64,000 nucleotides of DNA. It comes from Paragordius varius (Eukaryota > Animalia > Nematomorpha). The position numbers were made by a program, and so were the translations under genes. The notes beneath the pieces are model-generated. The model saw nothing but the letters and a program-made list of their open reading frames with translations. It was not told the origin of the DNA and searched no databases. The stretch spans positions 9,300,001-9,364,000 of the forward strand of contig OZ176053.1 of NCBI GenBank assembly GCA_964247055.1, in the 5' to 3' direction. Each line of letters begins with the position of its first letter. The stretch's first letter is position 1. This document shows positions 62,950 through 64,000 of this stretch, in pieces.

Positions 62950-64000
62950 CATGCATGTGCGTCACAATTGTAAGAATATGTCTTTTATTCTACGAATATT
63001 TATATTAGAATTCCACGAATAATGACGCACGAATATAAACGCCAAACGCGATTAATATAATAATAATATGATGTAAGTAAAATATAATAATGCAATGTTG
63101 TAATATCAACTACATATCTTTCTCTTCCTCCTCTAAAAAACGCTTAGGAGGTTTGCGGACTCGATCTGGGTAACTCCTGGCGATTGAAATAATTAGCCTT
63201 ATCAGATATTAACATTCTTGGAAAACCATAAGAGGAAAACCATTTCTCCAATTGTTTCAAAATTACATCAGATGTAATACTGCTAAGTATCTCCACCTCC
63301 ACCCATCTTGAGAACGCGTTAATAAAATCAACTAATATTTACCACACATGGGACCCGTGATGTCCACATGGAGTCTTTCCCATATTCCCACATTGAAGTT
63401 CCATTTATATACCGGATTCTCAGCAATGTTCGCCCTGTTCCTCTGACAACACTGACAGTCGTGTACTAACTTTTCAATGTCCTTATCCATTCCGGGCCAA
63501 AACACCAACGACCTGGCTGTGTTTTTCATAGCAACGATCCCCGGATGTCCAACATGAAACCAAGCCAAAATTCGTCTTCGCGCAGCGGTTGGGATAATTA
63601 ACCGATCACCAACATATAAGAAACCATTAGCTTGTTTGAGATCATTTCTCACGGCTTTGAATGCGGATAATTCCTGTGTTGACCAACCATTATTAAGTGC
63701 TATAGTAATCGTTTAAACAGTTAATCCTCCAAACAATCTTTTTTTATTTGGGTTTTATTAAAATTTAAATCCACGAATGCGGTTTGTCGGATTTTTTCGG
63801 CCACATATTCATCATCATTGGCTAATGGTGTCTGACTTTCGGAAGTCTTGAAAACACATCGGCCATGTTTGTCGATCCCGCAATATATTTCACATGAAAA
63901 TCATGCGCGGCGACCTTGTAGATCCAACTTAACAATTTACAGTTTTTATTATCACTTAACTTCCGATTGTTTCCGAATAAATGAACTAACGGCTTATGAT
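62950..64000 (-). mobile_element. Ty3/Gypsy LTR retrotransposon remnant (RNase H end, integrase zinc finger, truncated core, PPT, 3' LTR)
   Basis: DHKPL..N..ADVFSRLP followed by H..HPGI..AR..FWPGM..C..CQ, WERLHVD..GP, FSRWVEV, GFPR..ISD, then directly RVRKPPKRF. Polypurine tract AGAGGAGGAAGAGAAAGA precedes TGTAG.. at 63114; AATAAA in the putative LTR. LTR left end approximate. Confidence 0.88.

Overview
AT-rich animal (metazoan) genomic DNA with spliceosomal introns; no prokaryotic features. It holds three plasma-membrane-type Na+/H+ exchanger (SLC9A/NHE) paralogues arranged <-A B-> <-C. A runs off the left edge. B is an ~499-aa, strongly diverged, nearly tail-less copy. C is a full-length ~1070-aa gene with 18-19 exons. 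A GGT7-like gamma-glutamyl transpeptidase gene (minus strand, ~45.8-59.6 kb) follows. Intergenic DNA and long introns are full of nested mobile elements: two decayed RTE-type LINEs plus a 3' fragment, a solo LTR, hAT elements and MITEs with exact 8-bp TSDs, three Helitrons (one carrying a ~155/310-bp repeat array), a tRNA-Lys-like SINE family, TTAA-flanked MITEs and a Ty3/Gypsy remnant. Most striking is a class of ultra-short GT-AG introns (22, 22, possibly 24, 28, 32, 39 nt) required to restore conserved motifs, sitting in genes that also have multi-kb introns. Second is NHE-B, which keeps its frame and splice sites across ten exons but has replaced several near-invariant transport residues (GGLRGA to GELQSS; LLPP..D to LLPT..N). 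All exon models were built by hand from translation, splice consensus and phase; no transcript evidence was available, and the organism cannot be identified from this window.
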